A stretch of DNA of 64,000 nt, taken from the NCBI RefSeq assembly GCF_009914755.1, contig NC_060934.1; one strand, given 5' to 3'. A program made the translations under genes and the position numbers. This document shows, piece after piece, positions 39,310 to 53,350 of the stretch. Each line of letters starts with the position of its first letter. Within the stretch, counting starts at the first letter, position 1. The DNA comes from the human T2T-CHM13v2.0 reference genome, Homo sapiens. Under the pieces are notes generated by a model. That model was not told the DNA's origin. It did not search any database and saw only the letters and a program-made list of their open reading frames with translations.

Positions 39310-39683
39310 TGTACTAGTCTATTCTCACACTGATATAAAGATACTACCCGAGACTGAATAATTTAGGAAAGAAAGAGGTTTAATTGACTCACAGTTCCAC
39401 ATGGCTGGGGAGGCCTTAGGAAACTTACAATCATGATAGAAGGGGAAACAGGCACCTTCTCCACAAGGCAACAGGAGAGAGGAATGAGTGAAGGAAAAAT
39501 TTGCCAAACACTTATAAAACCACCAGTTCTCATGAGAACTCACTCACTATCAGTAGAACAGCATGGAGGAAACCACCCCATGATCCAATCACTTCCCACC
39601 AGGTTCCTCCTCAACACCTGGGGATTATGTGAGTTACAATTCAAGATAAGATTTGGATGGGGACACAAAGCCTAACCATATCA
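39310..39683 (-). mobile_element. MSTA/THE1D-type MaLR solo LTR
   Basis: tgtactagtctattctcacactg...aaagaggtttaattgactcacagttccacatggctggggaggcc...cctaaccatatca. Confidence 0.92.
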
Positions 39684-40872
39684 TCTTCCCTGCCTGCTTT
39701 CCCTTGAAATGATGGTGTTCCCAGGGCTCTCTTTTCTTTCTATTCTGGCTTCCCTTTGGTTGAAAATTACGCTCAACTGTGGCTGAGTCCTCTCTGCCCT
39801 TTTTGGGTTTTACCCATCTCTGCATATTAAACATTTGTAAGTTTTAGATCATTACATGGTGGCCAATAATACCCCAGTCTAGAAACTCAGGTACAGTTTT
39901 GTCCAAAGCTATCAAAAGACTTTTAAAATAATTATTAACCTTCCACCTTGTAAAAATCTAAACTTACAATAAAACTTGTGTTTGATTTATATAAAAATTT
40001 CTGTCTCAACTTATTCTCCCCACACCTGCTCTCAAGCCATCTCCCACACTCCCCACCAGAGGTATATATAGATAGATAGATAATTTCTGATAATTTCATA
40101 GGACTTAAATTCAACAGGAAAAACATGAGTCCAATTTTTTCTGGCCAAAGGATGCTTCCAGAAGGTTTGAAGGCATATCATTCTCATCTTCCAAATCACA
40201 GATCATCCTCCAAAGAATTTAACTGCAATCAACTGTTGAGTTTTAAAATGTTGTCTGATTTTCCTGAAAAGAAACAAGAAACAAAATGCAAGCACACACA
40301 CATATTTTAGGAGAGCTGGCGCTTCTTACTGTGAGCCACTTATCATGATCCAAAAGGTTTACTCAGAGGCATAATTAATTGGAACTTATTTCAGTGGAAG
40401 TTATTTCCCTTCATCTCATTACAGAAACAAAAGAAGATTACAGGCCAGGGGATCCATGAGGTTTCAAGAGAGGCTATTGATGAATGAAGTTGGAAGGAGT
40501 TGATACACGGTCAGAGATGGTTAACATCCAGAAATTCTTACAAAGAAATGGCAATTCTCTTCCATTAATCCTGTCTTGCCTCTTTGATCTTGAATGATAC
40601 CATGGCTGCAAGTTAAGTGCAAAACGACCCTGGTGTTAAAGGCCTTCAAAGATCTTGCCCTGGAGAAAGATTCTTCAAGAATTTGGAAGATTAAAAATAA
40701 CAAAAATGATAATAATTATTTTAAAAAAAGCAGTCAAACCAACAAAACAAAAGTCAGAAAAATGTGAACAAGTAGAGGATCCTTTAGGAAGGTTTTATAT
40801 AGCTGCTGAATTGTAAATCTGCCATCTGTGCTTGTTATGACAAGGACACTTACGTTAACTTATCACCCCAGC

Positions 40873-40960
40873 AATTGTGACCCAACATTTACAGGCCCAA
40901 CATGATTCATTTCCCTGGGGATATGGATCATGTTGGGCCTGTAAATATTGGGTCACAATT
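40873..40960. repeat. 88-bp near-perfect inverted repeat (43-bp arms)
   Basis: Arms 40873-40915 and 40918-40960 are complementary at 40 of 43 positions. Confidence 0.97.
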
Positions 40961-42249
40961 TTTTTTTAAGATAAAGTAATTAAATTAAGGAGAAAGTTGG
41001 GGGAAGATACCGTTTGGAGGGCACTTGAAAGATTTCTTATTAGATGACCTACTGATTTTTCTTTTGTCCTTTTCATTTTTCCTAACGTTCTAAAGAGCCT
41101 CTCCAGGGCTCTCAGAAAGAACTTTAGTAAGGAAGCATTGTGGAAGGTTAAGAGCTCCAATATTTGTGGCAACTATTTGAGATGCCAAAAATTAGAAGGG
41201 GCTCAGAGCACCTCTACTCTCACTTTGTATCATCTTCTGACCCAACAGACTGAGCCCCCAAATGTTTCAATATTCTTTTAGCTCTGGAGGTGGCTTAAAG
41301 CCATAAAACATTCTTTTAATTCTGGAAATGGGAGAAGAGGAACAAGTATGGCTGTGGAGTGAAGATATTGTCACCCGGCACAGCTGGTGGTCAAGCTCCA
41401 TGCTCAAAATTGTCCAATTAAAGAAATGAAAAAATGTAAGCTCTGTCAGGAAAAAATGCAAATAAGGTGGCTCGGGGTTAAGATTTTGAGTGGCTTGGTG
41501 ATTAAAATTATGCTCTTGTTTACTGGAGGAAATGGAGTTTTTAAAAAAAATCTATATACAGTTGGGTGAATTAGGCAACCATCCATTATGTAATAGGGTA
41601 ACAACATAATCCACCCTAACGGCTGTGAGGCCAGCCAAAGCCATGGCAAAGTTGAGGGACTTGGGCTTTTTCACTTTTCCTGCTTTAGCTCTTGGAAAAG
41701 CAAGTGTTTCAGGGAGTTCAGTCTTTCTCTCTCTGTTCAGAGTGTGATGTCTAATGGTGCTTTCCCTCAAATTTGAGTTCTCGTTTTTAGTACAGAAGGA
41801 AAACTTCCTCTGAAACAGCACCTATCATTTTTGTCCTCACTAGAGGGATTTCATTCCCTGGTTTTGTATCTGGACATCATCCAATGTGATTCGTTAGGAC
41901 AGAGGACAGGGAGCATCTACCATGGTTTGTGCAAATTGAGGCATTTGAAGCCACTGGACCATTTTAGAAGTCATTTCATTGAGACAGAAGGGATAACTCC
42001 CCTTCGTCTTCCAGGCACTTCCAGACTGATGAAGGTATCCCGAAAACAAAATAGAGTCAGCTGCTTTCTGTTCTGTGGAGGTTGCATTGAGGTGGGCTTC
42101 CTCCTCACACTGGCCTTTCTGTTGCCCCAGCTGGTGGGAGAGTGGGTAGAGCTGTAGAGGCTTGGGCAGGGCTGGGAGTGTGTGTGTGCGCGGGTCTGTG
42201 TGTACAGGCCTGCATGTGCCTGCACTGTGCGTGTTCCAAAGGCTATTTA

Positions 42250-42675
42250 TAGTGGACACTACAGTGCACTTCCCATGTCTAGCTTCAGGGTCAAGGTGCT
42301 CATTCACCCAGCTACTGATGATGTTGGTTGTGGGAGGTTCACAGCCAGGAATTGCCCTCAGCCAAAGAGAGCTGCCTGGCTCAGGTATATGTCCTGTCCC
42401 TGGGGCATCATGTACGCAATGACTGGTCCATGCAGGGGCACAAGGCCTCAGTCCCCCACCTGGATTCGAGACAACATTGAGAGCCCTCCCAGCTCCAGAG
42501 CTCCCTATAAGATCAGTAGAGGCCTCTGCTGTGACTGTATCACAGCTCAACTTCTCCCTCTGCCCGGTCCTGCTTCCCCCCCACCCCTCCCATTGTGGAT
42601 CCTGGAAGTGTTCCCCATTATACCTCCTGCAAGCCAATCTGTCTCAGTCTGTTTGTTGTCCAGGGAACCTGTCCA
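42250..42675 (+). mobile_element. LTR16C-like (ERVL) solo LTR
   Basis: gccctcagccaaagagagctgcct...ccagctccagagctccc...cacagctcaacttctccctctgccc...tctcagtctgttt...cagggaacc. Confidence 0.75.
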
Positions 42676-43004
42676 CTGACCACATGTCTGCTCCTCTTTA
42701 AGTGGATGGTAAATAAGAATTGGCCAATGCATTGCTGGTCTGCTGCTGCGTGATCACAGTGGCAGCTGGATTCCACAAAGTCACCAGGTGTTTCTGGAGA
42801 CAGTGTTAGTCTCAGGACCCCTGCTATGGCCAACTGTGGGGGTGCAACTTTAGGGACTTGGGGATGTTGGAATGTTTCCTCTCATGTGGCCTGTCATCCT
42901 GACTCAAATTCCACCTTTTCGCTACACATTTCTTTTTACCTGAGGACTTTTGGGTTTTCCAAAGTTTTCTGTTGCAAATGTCTGGAAGTCACAGTGTGTT
43001 TCTG

Positions 43005-43165
43005 TGGAGACAGCACATGTTCAAGCCCCAGCTCTGCCGCTTACCAGCTGTGTGATCTTGGAGTTGACCAAGCGTCTTTCTGGGCCTCAGAGTTCTCATA
43101 TGGGAGGTAGGGCTCTGGGGATGTGTCTGCCCACCTTACAGAGCAGTTGTGAGGTCCAACAATTC
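43005..43165 (+). mobile_element. MIR SINE
   Basis: gttcaagccccagctctgccgcttaccagctgtgtgatcttgg...ctgggcctcag. Confidence 0.7.
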
Positions 43166-43334
43166 TGCGTGGGACACCAGTAAGGGCACTGGGGGAAGTC
43201 CAGGTTGGGCAGGAGAATAACGCCTTAACACATCAGTTTGTGTCTTAGTGGGACTTTATCCATCAGCCCCAGCCAGGCCCTGCCAGAGAGGAGCTCAGAA
43301 GAGAACTGAAGGAGGGGACCTAGGCGGAAGCTCT

Positions 43335-44002
<668 letters not shown>

Positions 44003-44662
44003 AGCTCTTATTATTGTTATTATTTCTAAGGAGGTTTATTTTTTATTGAGGATCCCAGATCAATAGCTGCAACACAATGATCCAATGGAGAAGTTACGTG
44101 GATTATTCGCTATGGTGAGCCCCAGAATGAATGGGTCCCAGCATTCTCGCTGAGGATGGAAAGTTCCCAAGTGATTTCTCTTGCCAAATTATTTGTTTCC
44201 TAGAAGGGAAATAATACATGGAACTTGGCCACCCTGGGCTCAAGTCTCACTGTTTTCTGGGAATCACCTGATGTCAGGATTTGCAACATGAATACCTGGG
44301 CCAGGACAGGGAGCTCTGCCAGGCCACAGACAAAGGCTCCTTTGGTCCCTGGGGTGGCTTTAGCCACTGCTTGGCCAGTTGTCTGCCAGTTGACTCTCGG
44401 GTGTCATGTGACCACCCCTACTCAGAGATCTTCAGATAGACTTGAGTCGTTTGTGGGCATTTTGTCACATCCACAACCTTGTGAGGGTATAGAAAAAGTA
44501 CATTTTCACCACAGAATACCCAGATGGACCCCATTCATACCAAAGAAATTTGCCTTATGCCAAGGGAGAAAGCAGGTGTTGTGGTACAGAAAGAGCACTG
44601 GGCTGGGAGTCCACCTGACATGTTATGACAGGCCTTGGCCCCCTCTGCTAATGGGCCCAGGG

Positions 44663-45110
44663 ACTGTGGTTGTAGGGAAAAGAAACTCATACAATTTAGT
44701 CTGAGTGAAAAAACAGGGGCATTATTATCAACACTCAGGGGCATTTCCTGGGACCTCTTTGCAGGAAGTCCACCTGGCCTCACAGCAAGTGGGAAGACAC
44801 CATCTCTCTCTGACATCCCATAGGTGGCTGTGTCTGCAGCTCCCCGGACACTTGCTCAGCTCTCCTCCCTGCAGACCAACTGTCCTTGCCAGGCCTACTT
44901 TCTGTGCCTTACTTTGGCCACCACTGGCTTTGGCTGACTGTGACACTGACTCCACACTCAACACTCGAGGCTTTTCACAACTCACTGATGCAGCCGAGAC
45001 CAACAATCCCCTTGTTTAAATAGTGAGGAGAGAGAATTTGACTGGCTTAACTCGAGTCACGTGTTTGCTTCTGGTCCAATCAGCTGTGAGCTGGGGCAGT
45101 GGGTCCCATT
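44663..45110 (-). mobile_element. old MLT1 (K/J-like) LTR
   Basis: tggttgtagggaaaagaaactcatacaatttagtctgagtgaaaaa...ggtccaatcagctgtg. Confidence 0.55.
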
Positions 45111-45429
45111 ATGCCGTGGGTTGCTCCTCCTGGAGCTATGGACCAAGTAGGCTCTCCTGCAAGGGGATGCAGGTGGCAGAGAGAGAACGAACATTTGGAA
45201 AAATTGTTTCAGCTTTCTGGGCTTTATTTTCCTCTACTGAAAATAATCATCATTATTATGTTGGTCATTAAGTGGCCAATTAAATCATTTTGCATATGGA
45301 ACCCAGCTGACCTTTCCCTTACCACAGCCCACCCCACTTCTGCACCTGTTCAGTCATCTGTGGCCACATACTAATAATCCTAACTCCATTTCACAGGATA
45401 AACGGAGTCCATTCTTTTTATTCTTTCCT

Positions 45430-46605
45430 TCTTTTCTTTTCCTCATTGCAGTAAGAATGCTTAACATGAGATCTATCCTCTTAAATTAGTAAGTATACAG
45501 TATATTATTGGTGATCATAGGTTCAGTGTTGTACAGCAGATCTCTGTAGCTTATTCATCTTGCAGTATTCGTCTTTCTGTAATTGGCTTCATTAACTTAG
45601 CATAATTTTTTCAAGCTTCATCCATGTTGTCCATATTGCAGAATTTCCTTATTTTCTAAAGGCTGAATAGTATTTCATTGTATGTTTATACCACATTTTC
45701 CAATTTCAATTATTTGAATAAATACCCAGAAGTGAGATTGCTGGATCATATTGTAGTTCTAGTTTTAATTTTTTGAGAAAGCGCTATACTGTTTTTCTTT
45801 TTTTTTTTTGAGACGGAGTCTCTGTCGCCCAGGCTGGAGTGCATGGCGCGATCTCGGGTCACTGCAACCTCCGCCACCCAAGTTCAAGCAATTCTCCTGC
45901 CTCAGCCTCCTAAGTAGCTGGGACTACAGGCGCTTGCCACCACGCCTGGCAAATTTTTTGTATTTTTAGTAGGGATGGGGTTTCACCTTGTTGGCCAGGA
46001 TGGTCTCGACCTCCTGAACTCGTGATCCACCTGCCTCAGCCTCCCAAAGTGCTGGGATTACAGGTGTGAGCCACCACGCCCAGCCTGAGAAACCGCTATA
46101 CTGTTTTTCAGAGTGGCTATATCATTTTGCATTCCCACCAATGGTGTGCAAAGATTTCAATTTCTCCACTTCTTTGCTAACACTTGTCTTTTGTTTTTTG
46201 GTAATAGCCATCCTAACAGATGTGAGGTGATATCTCATTGTGGCTTTCATTTGCATTTCTCTGATAACTATTGATGTTGAGCATTTTTTCATATACCCGT
46301 TGGCCATTTTGTATGTCTTCTTTGGAGAAATGTCTATTCAAGTTCTTAACCCATTTTAAATTGAGTTATCAGGGTGTTTTTTTTTTTTTTTTTTTTGTAC
46401 TACTGAGTTGTAAGGGTTCCTTATATGTCTTAGAGATTAACCTCTTATCAGACATATGATTTGCAAATATTTTCTCCCATTCCATAGATTGCTTTTTCAC
46501 ATTGTTGATTGTTTTCTTTGCTGTGCAGAAGCTTTTTAGTTTGACATCGTCCCACTTGTTTACTTTTGGTTTTGTTGCCTGCATTTTTGGTGTCATATTC
46601 ATTAT
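45430..46605 (-). mobile_element. L1MA/MB 3' region (ORF2 end + 3'UTR), split by an Alu
   Basis: Minus ORFs 46122-46307 and 46369-46734 give L1 ORF2 C-terminal peptides ([12 protein letters not shown]; KWDDVKLKSFCTAK; EWEKIFANH). Confidence 0.92.
45798..46085 (-). mobile_element. AluSc-like
   Basis: Antisense dimeric Alu; 24-bp TSD tgagaaa(g/c)cgctatactgtttttc. Confidence 0.94.
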
Positions 46606-47744
46606 AGGAAGTGCATTCTTCAAGAAAGTTCTCTTCTCTAGGGCATTTCTGGGACTCCTGAGGAATGTGTACAGGTTTCTTAAGTGGTGGCGTGTCATCC
46701 CCTGCAGGCCACTTGCTCTGCATTCTTGCCCCACTCGAGCTCAGCTGGACATCTCCAGCATCCTGTTTTCCAGGCTGCAGACGCATATCTTTATCCCTAA
46801 TATGGATGTGAGCTCCTTCCTTCAGGGCCCGAAGCACAGCTGAAATATGATGGAAATGGTATAACTTTACTATTTGGGGATAATGGAATTTAACTAGAAG
46901 AATAAGGTTTGCCCTGTGTAGCTTCTATGGGGCTTTCATAGGCTAGAGGACCCTGAAGAGACCTTCAGAACATTTCTGCTGATGAGTCCCAGCCACTCTC
47001 AGAGAGAGGAAGAGCTCCATCCCTGAGTCCCAAGTCCACCTCATCTCATTCACCAGGAATCGTCCCATTTCCCAGGAAGCCTGCCAATGGGCTTCCATTT
47101 TCTTTCCTCTGAAGGGAATGTCCCCTCCGCTGCCCCAACCAGGCTGCTGTCTGACCCCACAACCTCTACCAAGTGGTCACACTTGTCATTGCCCCTCTCC
47201 CAAATCTGGCTTCTTCAACTAAAGTAGCCTGCAGGAGTAACTCAATTGCCCGGACCTGGTTTTGGGGGCCAAGCCTGGACCAGGGTCCTTTCATCATCTG
47301 CCAACATTCAGAAAAGAGAAGATGGGGCCTGCATCTCCCTCCTGGTACGGGCAGGTCTTGGCAGCAGATCACCTGTGAGCTCATTCTTGGTCAAAAAGAC
47401 AAATGAAACTTCCAAGAATAAACAGTGATCTTCAGACATAGGACACTGAAATCCCATGTTTTACAGAAAATGAATTTCTGACTTTAGATTTCATCTGAGG
47501 AGTCTCCGATTGACATTTGTTAATGATATGCATTAGAATGAGAACTGGTCCTACCAGCACTACCAGGAGGGCCCAGTGACATGGCCCCTCCTGAACAAAG
47601 GGAGTATCTGCTCAAAGGTAAATTCATTTGTTTTTTCTTTATGGACTAAAGAGATTATCTGACATTCCCCAAATGGCGATTTTCCACCTTCAATATTTAA
47701 AGCCGCAGTCTCTTCCAGGTGCCCCGCTACAATAAATTATGTTC

Positions 47745-47895
47745 TTTGATCCTCCCAACAACTTTGTAAGGTAAGGTATGATTTTCTTCCTCTTGGAAAT
47801 AAGGAAACTGAAGCTCAGGGGCATGTGATAATTAGCCTAAGGCTAGTAAATTGCAGGGTAGGATTCAAACCCAGGTTGGACTCAGTCCTTTGGCC
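47745..47895 (-). mobile_element. MIR SINE
   Basis: gatcctcccaacaactttgtaaggta...aggaaactgaagctcag...ggattcaaacccagg. Confidence 0.75.
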
Positions 47896-48017
47896 TACAT
47901 CAGGCTTGTCCCATGGCTCTTCCAGGTTACAGTTCTGAGGTCCTTATGATACTGGGCAGCTCTGATGCTAGTGTGTGGGAAGGCAGGAGGTAACTCTCCA
48001 AAGGGAACTTCTAAGGA

Positions 48018-48566
<549 letters not shown>

Positions 48567-48579
48567 CTAGTGAGTCTTC

Positions 48580-48960
48580 TCCGCCTGCTCCCTGTCAGGT
48601 GACATGATTGTCAGAAAGAGCAAGAGACTGAAGTGTCGAGTGTACCAGATAATTTTTGCAGTTTAGCTGCTTTTATTCCTTCCCTATTGTTGTTGTTTTG
48701 AATAATCTGTGTGGCTTTTGAAGAAATTGCTCAAACCGGTTTGAGCCTTAATAAGATATGAAAAAATTGGAGGCAAAGGGTTCCTGGTGATAAAAGCACA
48801 GCTTTCATGTGGCGCTGCAGGCGCCGGGAGCGGAGAAGCCGGGTACGGCGCACTCATCAGAGGCAGGTGGGCGGCCAGAGTGCTGTGCGCAGTGGGACTT
48901 GGCACTAAACAGCAGAATGACAATTGGAAACATAAAAGCCAAGGCAGAAAGTGAGAAGGA
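48580..48960. promoter_or_regulatory. candidate enhancer with a non-Alu CpG cluster
   Basis: 9 CpGs in about 48812-48890; CTATTGTT, AGATAA, TGATAA and TGACA/TGTCA motifs. Confidence 0.35.
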
Positions 48961-49274
48961 AATAGAGAAAAACAAACCCCCAACTCAACTACAGCCACCT
49001 GAATGAGGAGGAAGGTGAGGGAGGAAGGCCGCCGGTAAGGATCATAAGTGGTGAGCAGCCCCTGCTGGCAGGTGAGGTCTCTGGTGGTTCCCCCCAGGAC
49101 AGAGGTATTTGGGCACCTGGCTGGGACTCCCCAAAAGGCAGTTTGCTAGAGAGGGACTAATGTGAACTGACACCTCCAAAATTCCCAGGTCATTGTTGTC
49201 TAACCAGCTCCTCTGAAAGCCAATCTCTGGCTTGGCGCTTCATCAAAGGTCCGTGACCATCCTATGTGCAGCTT

Positions 49275-49570
49275 GGAGCTGGCCTTGGGGATACAGTGGC
49301 TAATAGTCAGGTGAGGTCCCTGTCCTCCTGGGATTCTCAGTCTGGGGGAGGAGCTGCACAAATGGGCAGACAGGTAGACTTGCAGGGGAGGTGCTGAGGG
49401 GTGTATGCAGAAGAGCCATCTCACCCAGAGATGACCTCTCCCTGGGAAAGCAACATGTGACATTTCCATCCAACAGGAAATCTGAAGGATAAGTAGAATT
49501 TATCCATGAGTTGGAGATGGTGAGGGTGAGGAGGGGATTCCTGGCTATGGGGAAAACATGGGCAAAGGCC
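49275..49570 (-). mobile_element. L2 fragment
   Basis: ggggatacagtggctaatag...gtccctgtcctcctgggattctcagtctgggggagg...ctgaaggataagtagaa. Confidence 0.65.
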
Positions 49571-49913
49571 AGGAAGCAAGAAATGGGATGTTGCATTGGA
49601 GTGATGGAAAAACCTTTTAGTCAGCAAACATTAATTGAGTGGCTACTATGTGCTGCAATGCTAGTGAGCCATCCCTTATGCTTGACTGTGCCACTCCCAG
49701 TCACTTGCTTTTCCACTTTGAGACCCTTGCCTGCTTCCCTGTTTTCTCTATTCTTTCCATCCCACAACATCAATTGGTCCCCTCCCTTGAATTTATTCCA
49801 TGTATTAGCAGAATACAAATTTAATTGCTATTTCAGAGACCAAAATACCATTGACTCAAATAAGAAAGAGGGAAGTTAATTGTGCTGTCACAAGACTCCC
49901 CCAGAATAAGCAG

Positions 49914-50589
<676 letters not shown>

Positions 50590-50984
50590 GCAGTTGGTTG
50601 TTGAGGTGACTCCACAGAGGTGAGGACCCAGGATCTTCCCATCTTGTTCACAATTCAGAAAGTGTCCTTGAATACATGCTTTAAAATGGCTCTCCACTAC
50701 GTTGGCTTTTCCTGAGACAAGACAGAAAGAGACAGAGCAGTGCACACTCATTTCCTTTGCAGCTATGTCCCGGAAGTTCTGGGCATCATTTCTGTTCACA
50801 TCCCCTTGGCTAGAGCTTAGTCATGTGACCAGGCCAGATGCAGGGAAATCTGGGAAATTATTCCCCGTGGCTCCCATGCCCAGTGAAAACTCCAAGGTTC
50901 TCTGTCCATAGAGCAAAGAGAGAAATGGATATTGGGGTAACTAGAAGTTTCTATCCTATTCCATTTCTGATTTGTGATCTCAGA

Positions 50985-51500
50985 AATCTGTCTTCACACT
51001 AATCCCGCCATTATGACTCTCTTGGCGCCCCCGCCTGTCATGTGAACAGAAGACAGGCCAAGAACATCAACACTCGAAAGTCAAGTATCATCCTGAGCTC
51101 AGGCTAAAACTCACAAAGGTCAAGTCAAGGGGTAAAGCATTTATGGAGGTGTTTTAGGTCAATAAAATTCCTCTTCTCAGGTTAGGGCAAGTGAAACCTA
51201 TTCACTTTATTTAAAAGAGCTTTGTTGATTAAATGCCAAGTCAGTCCTGTTTGGACCTTAAAAGCTCTCAGTTCAGACCGTGAAGGCCAAGGGCTTGCCC
51301 GTAAGCCCTTAATCAGGGCCCAGACTGAATTCCTTAGGCTTTATTCCTTTGCAGGGCAGAGAGGGAAAAAAGTGGTGGATTGACAAGGAAAACTGGCTGG
51401 TGGTGAATGTGTTCCCCTGCAAGAAGCCCTTGGGAGCGTGAGAGGTAGGCCATCCCTAAGTAGATGGATTCACCCAGGCGCAGAATCCAGATAATCCCAT
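50985..51500. promoter_or_regulatory. candidate enhancer (repeat-free motif cluster)
   Basis: TTTATGG 51140-51146, CAATAAAA 51160-51167, AAAGGTCA 51115-51122, TAATCC twice. Confidence 0.35.
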
Positions 51501-51774
51501 AAAACACTTCTTGTTTTTGTGACTAATCCAACTGTCATACTCTGTTTCCAGGTGCTCAAGCTTTCAAAAAGTGTTGCTGAGTCTTGATGTTCACTTTCTG
51601 GTTTGTCCAGAATTCATTTTTCATCTCAACCCTATCTCCAAGCTGCTTTCTTATGTATCAGACAATAACATGCTAAGTAAGGAGAAATCAGGAAGGCAGC
51701 AAGGCTGTCCCGTACACTCAGTGTTTGTAATTTGGGTCTTATCTGCTGTTTGGGATTGTGCGTGTTTCCCAGTT

Positions 51775-51950
51775 CCCTGCCTTTCATCATACTCAGTGGC
51801 ATGATGGTTATTTGTGTACATGTCTCTCTCTCACAAGAGGAGGAGTGATTCTGAGGAATAAGGCTCCATCCTAGTTTGTGTGGTCTTTCCAGAATCCAGA
51901 TTGGTGCCGGCACGTGGCAAGCATTGAATCAATGATTATTGAATTGCTGA
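51775..51950 (+). mobile_element. L2 3' end
   Basis: tatttgtgtacatgtctctctc...ggtgccggcacgtggcaagcattgaatcaatg. Confidence 0.55.
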
Positions 51951-52174
51951 CTTCATTCAGACAACCAAGATTGACCGTGGCGCTTTTCAGTTAATCCACT
52001 TTGCCATTGTCAGCATTAAGTTATCAGAATGCCATATTTTTGTTGCATTTGCATGTTTTCTAGATGCAACCCCATCCATTCCCTCCTCCTAACTTCCCTG
52101 CAGAGTCTATTGCTATTTTTAAAAATGGAAGGAGTGTTTATCAGAGGTTGGAGAGAGTCTACTCATTATAAAAA

Positions 52175-53350
52175 TTAATAATATGGGAAAATTGTTTGGC
52201 AATTTCTTATCAACTAAGCATATGTTTGTCTTAATCCCCAGTAGTTACACTCTTGGACATTTTTCTCAGAGAAATACAAACCTATTTTCAAAACCTATTT
52301 TCAGACAAAAACCTTATATGAATATTCATAACAGCTTTATTCGTAATAGCCTAGAACTGGAAACAATCCAAATGTCCTTCAATGGACGAATGGTTGAAAG
52401 AAACTCTCATGTATCCATACGCTGGAACTCCACTCAGTAATAAAAAGGAACAAAGTTTTGAGACATGCAATATACTAGTTTACTAGTGCTGTCATAACAA
52501 AGTACCACAAATGAAGCGGCCTAAGTGACAGAAATTTGTTTCACTGTTTGGGAAGCTAAAAGTTCGAGATCAAAGTGTCCGGAGCACGTGAGGTCATGCT
52601 GTCTGTGAAGGCACTAGGGAAGGCTTCTGGTAGTTCCTTGGCTGGGGCAGTGTAACTCCAGTCTTTGTATAGTGTTCTCTCTGTGAGGTGTCTGTGTCCA
52701 AATCTCTCTTTTATAAAACACCAGCCATATTGGATTAGGAGCCCACTCTACTCCAGTCTGACCTCATCTTAGCTAATTATATTTGTTATGACTCTTTTTC
52801 CAAATAAGTTCACATTCTGAGCTACTGGGAGTTGAGACTTCAACATCTGAATTTTGGGTGGGACATAATTCAACCCATAATATGCAACAACGTGGATAAG
52901 GGCGTTATGCTGAGTGAAAAAAAAGCCAATTCCAAAAGGTTTCATATTATACAATTCCATTTATGTAACATACACCATTTGGTGGTTGCCGGGGGCAGAG
53001 ACAGGAATGGGAGGATGAATATGTAAAGGGTCACAAGAGGGAGTTTACTTGGAGTGAAGAAATTGTTGTGTATCCTATTTGGTGGTGGTTATGCAAATCT
53101 ATATGAAGGATCGAATTGCATTGAACTAGCAAACACACACACACACACGCACACGCAAAAACTGATGAAAGCTGAACAAGGTCTGTAGTCTAGTCAACAG
53201 TACTGCACTATGTGAATTTTCCAGTTTTGATATTGTGCAAGAGTCAGAAATGATGTCACAGCAGGAGGAATCTGAATGAAGGACTGAAGGGACTATTCTA
53301 TGTGCTGTTTGCATCTTCCTGTGAGTGTAATCCCCTCAAAATTCAAAGTC
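52175..53350 (+). mobile_element. L1M (MC/MD-type) 3' end, split by MLT1
   Basis: tatgaatattcataacagctttattcgtaatagcctagaactggaaacaatccaaatgtcc...gttatgctgagtgaaaaaaaagccaattccaaaagg. Confidence 0.85.
52471..52882 (-). mobile_element. MLT1B solo LTR
   Basis: gctgtcataacaaagtaccacaaa...ggacataattcaacccataa; 5-bp TSD tgcaa (52466-52470, 52883-52887). Confidence 0.9.

Noticed and set aside
41894-42637. Longest ORF (247 aa, minus strand)
   Set aside because: Starts at TTG, about half is antisense LTR16, and there is no recognisable domain; consistent with a chance frame.
46122-46843. ORFs with L1 ORF2 peptides
   Set aside because: Broken fragments of a dead L1, not a host gene.
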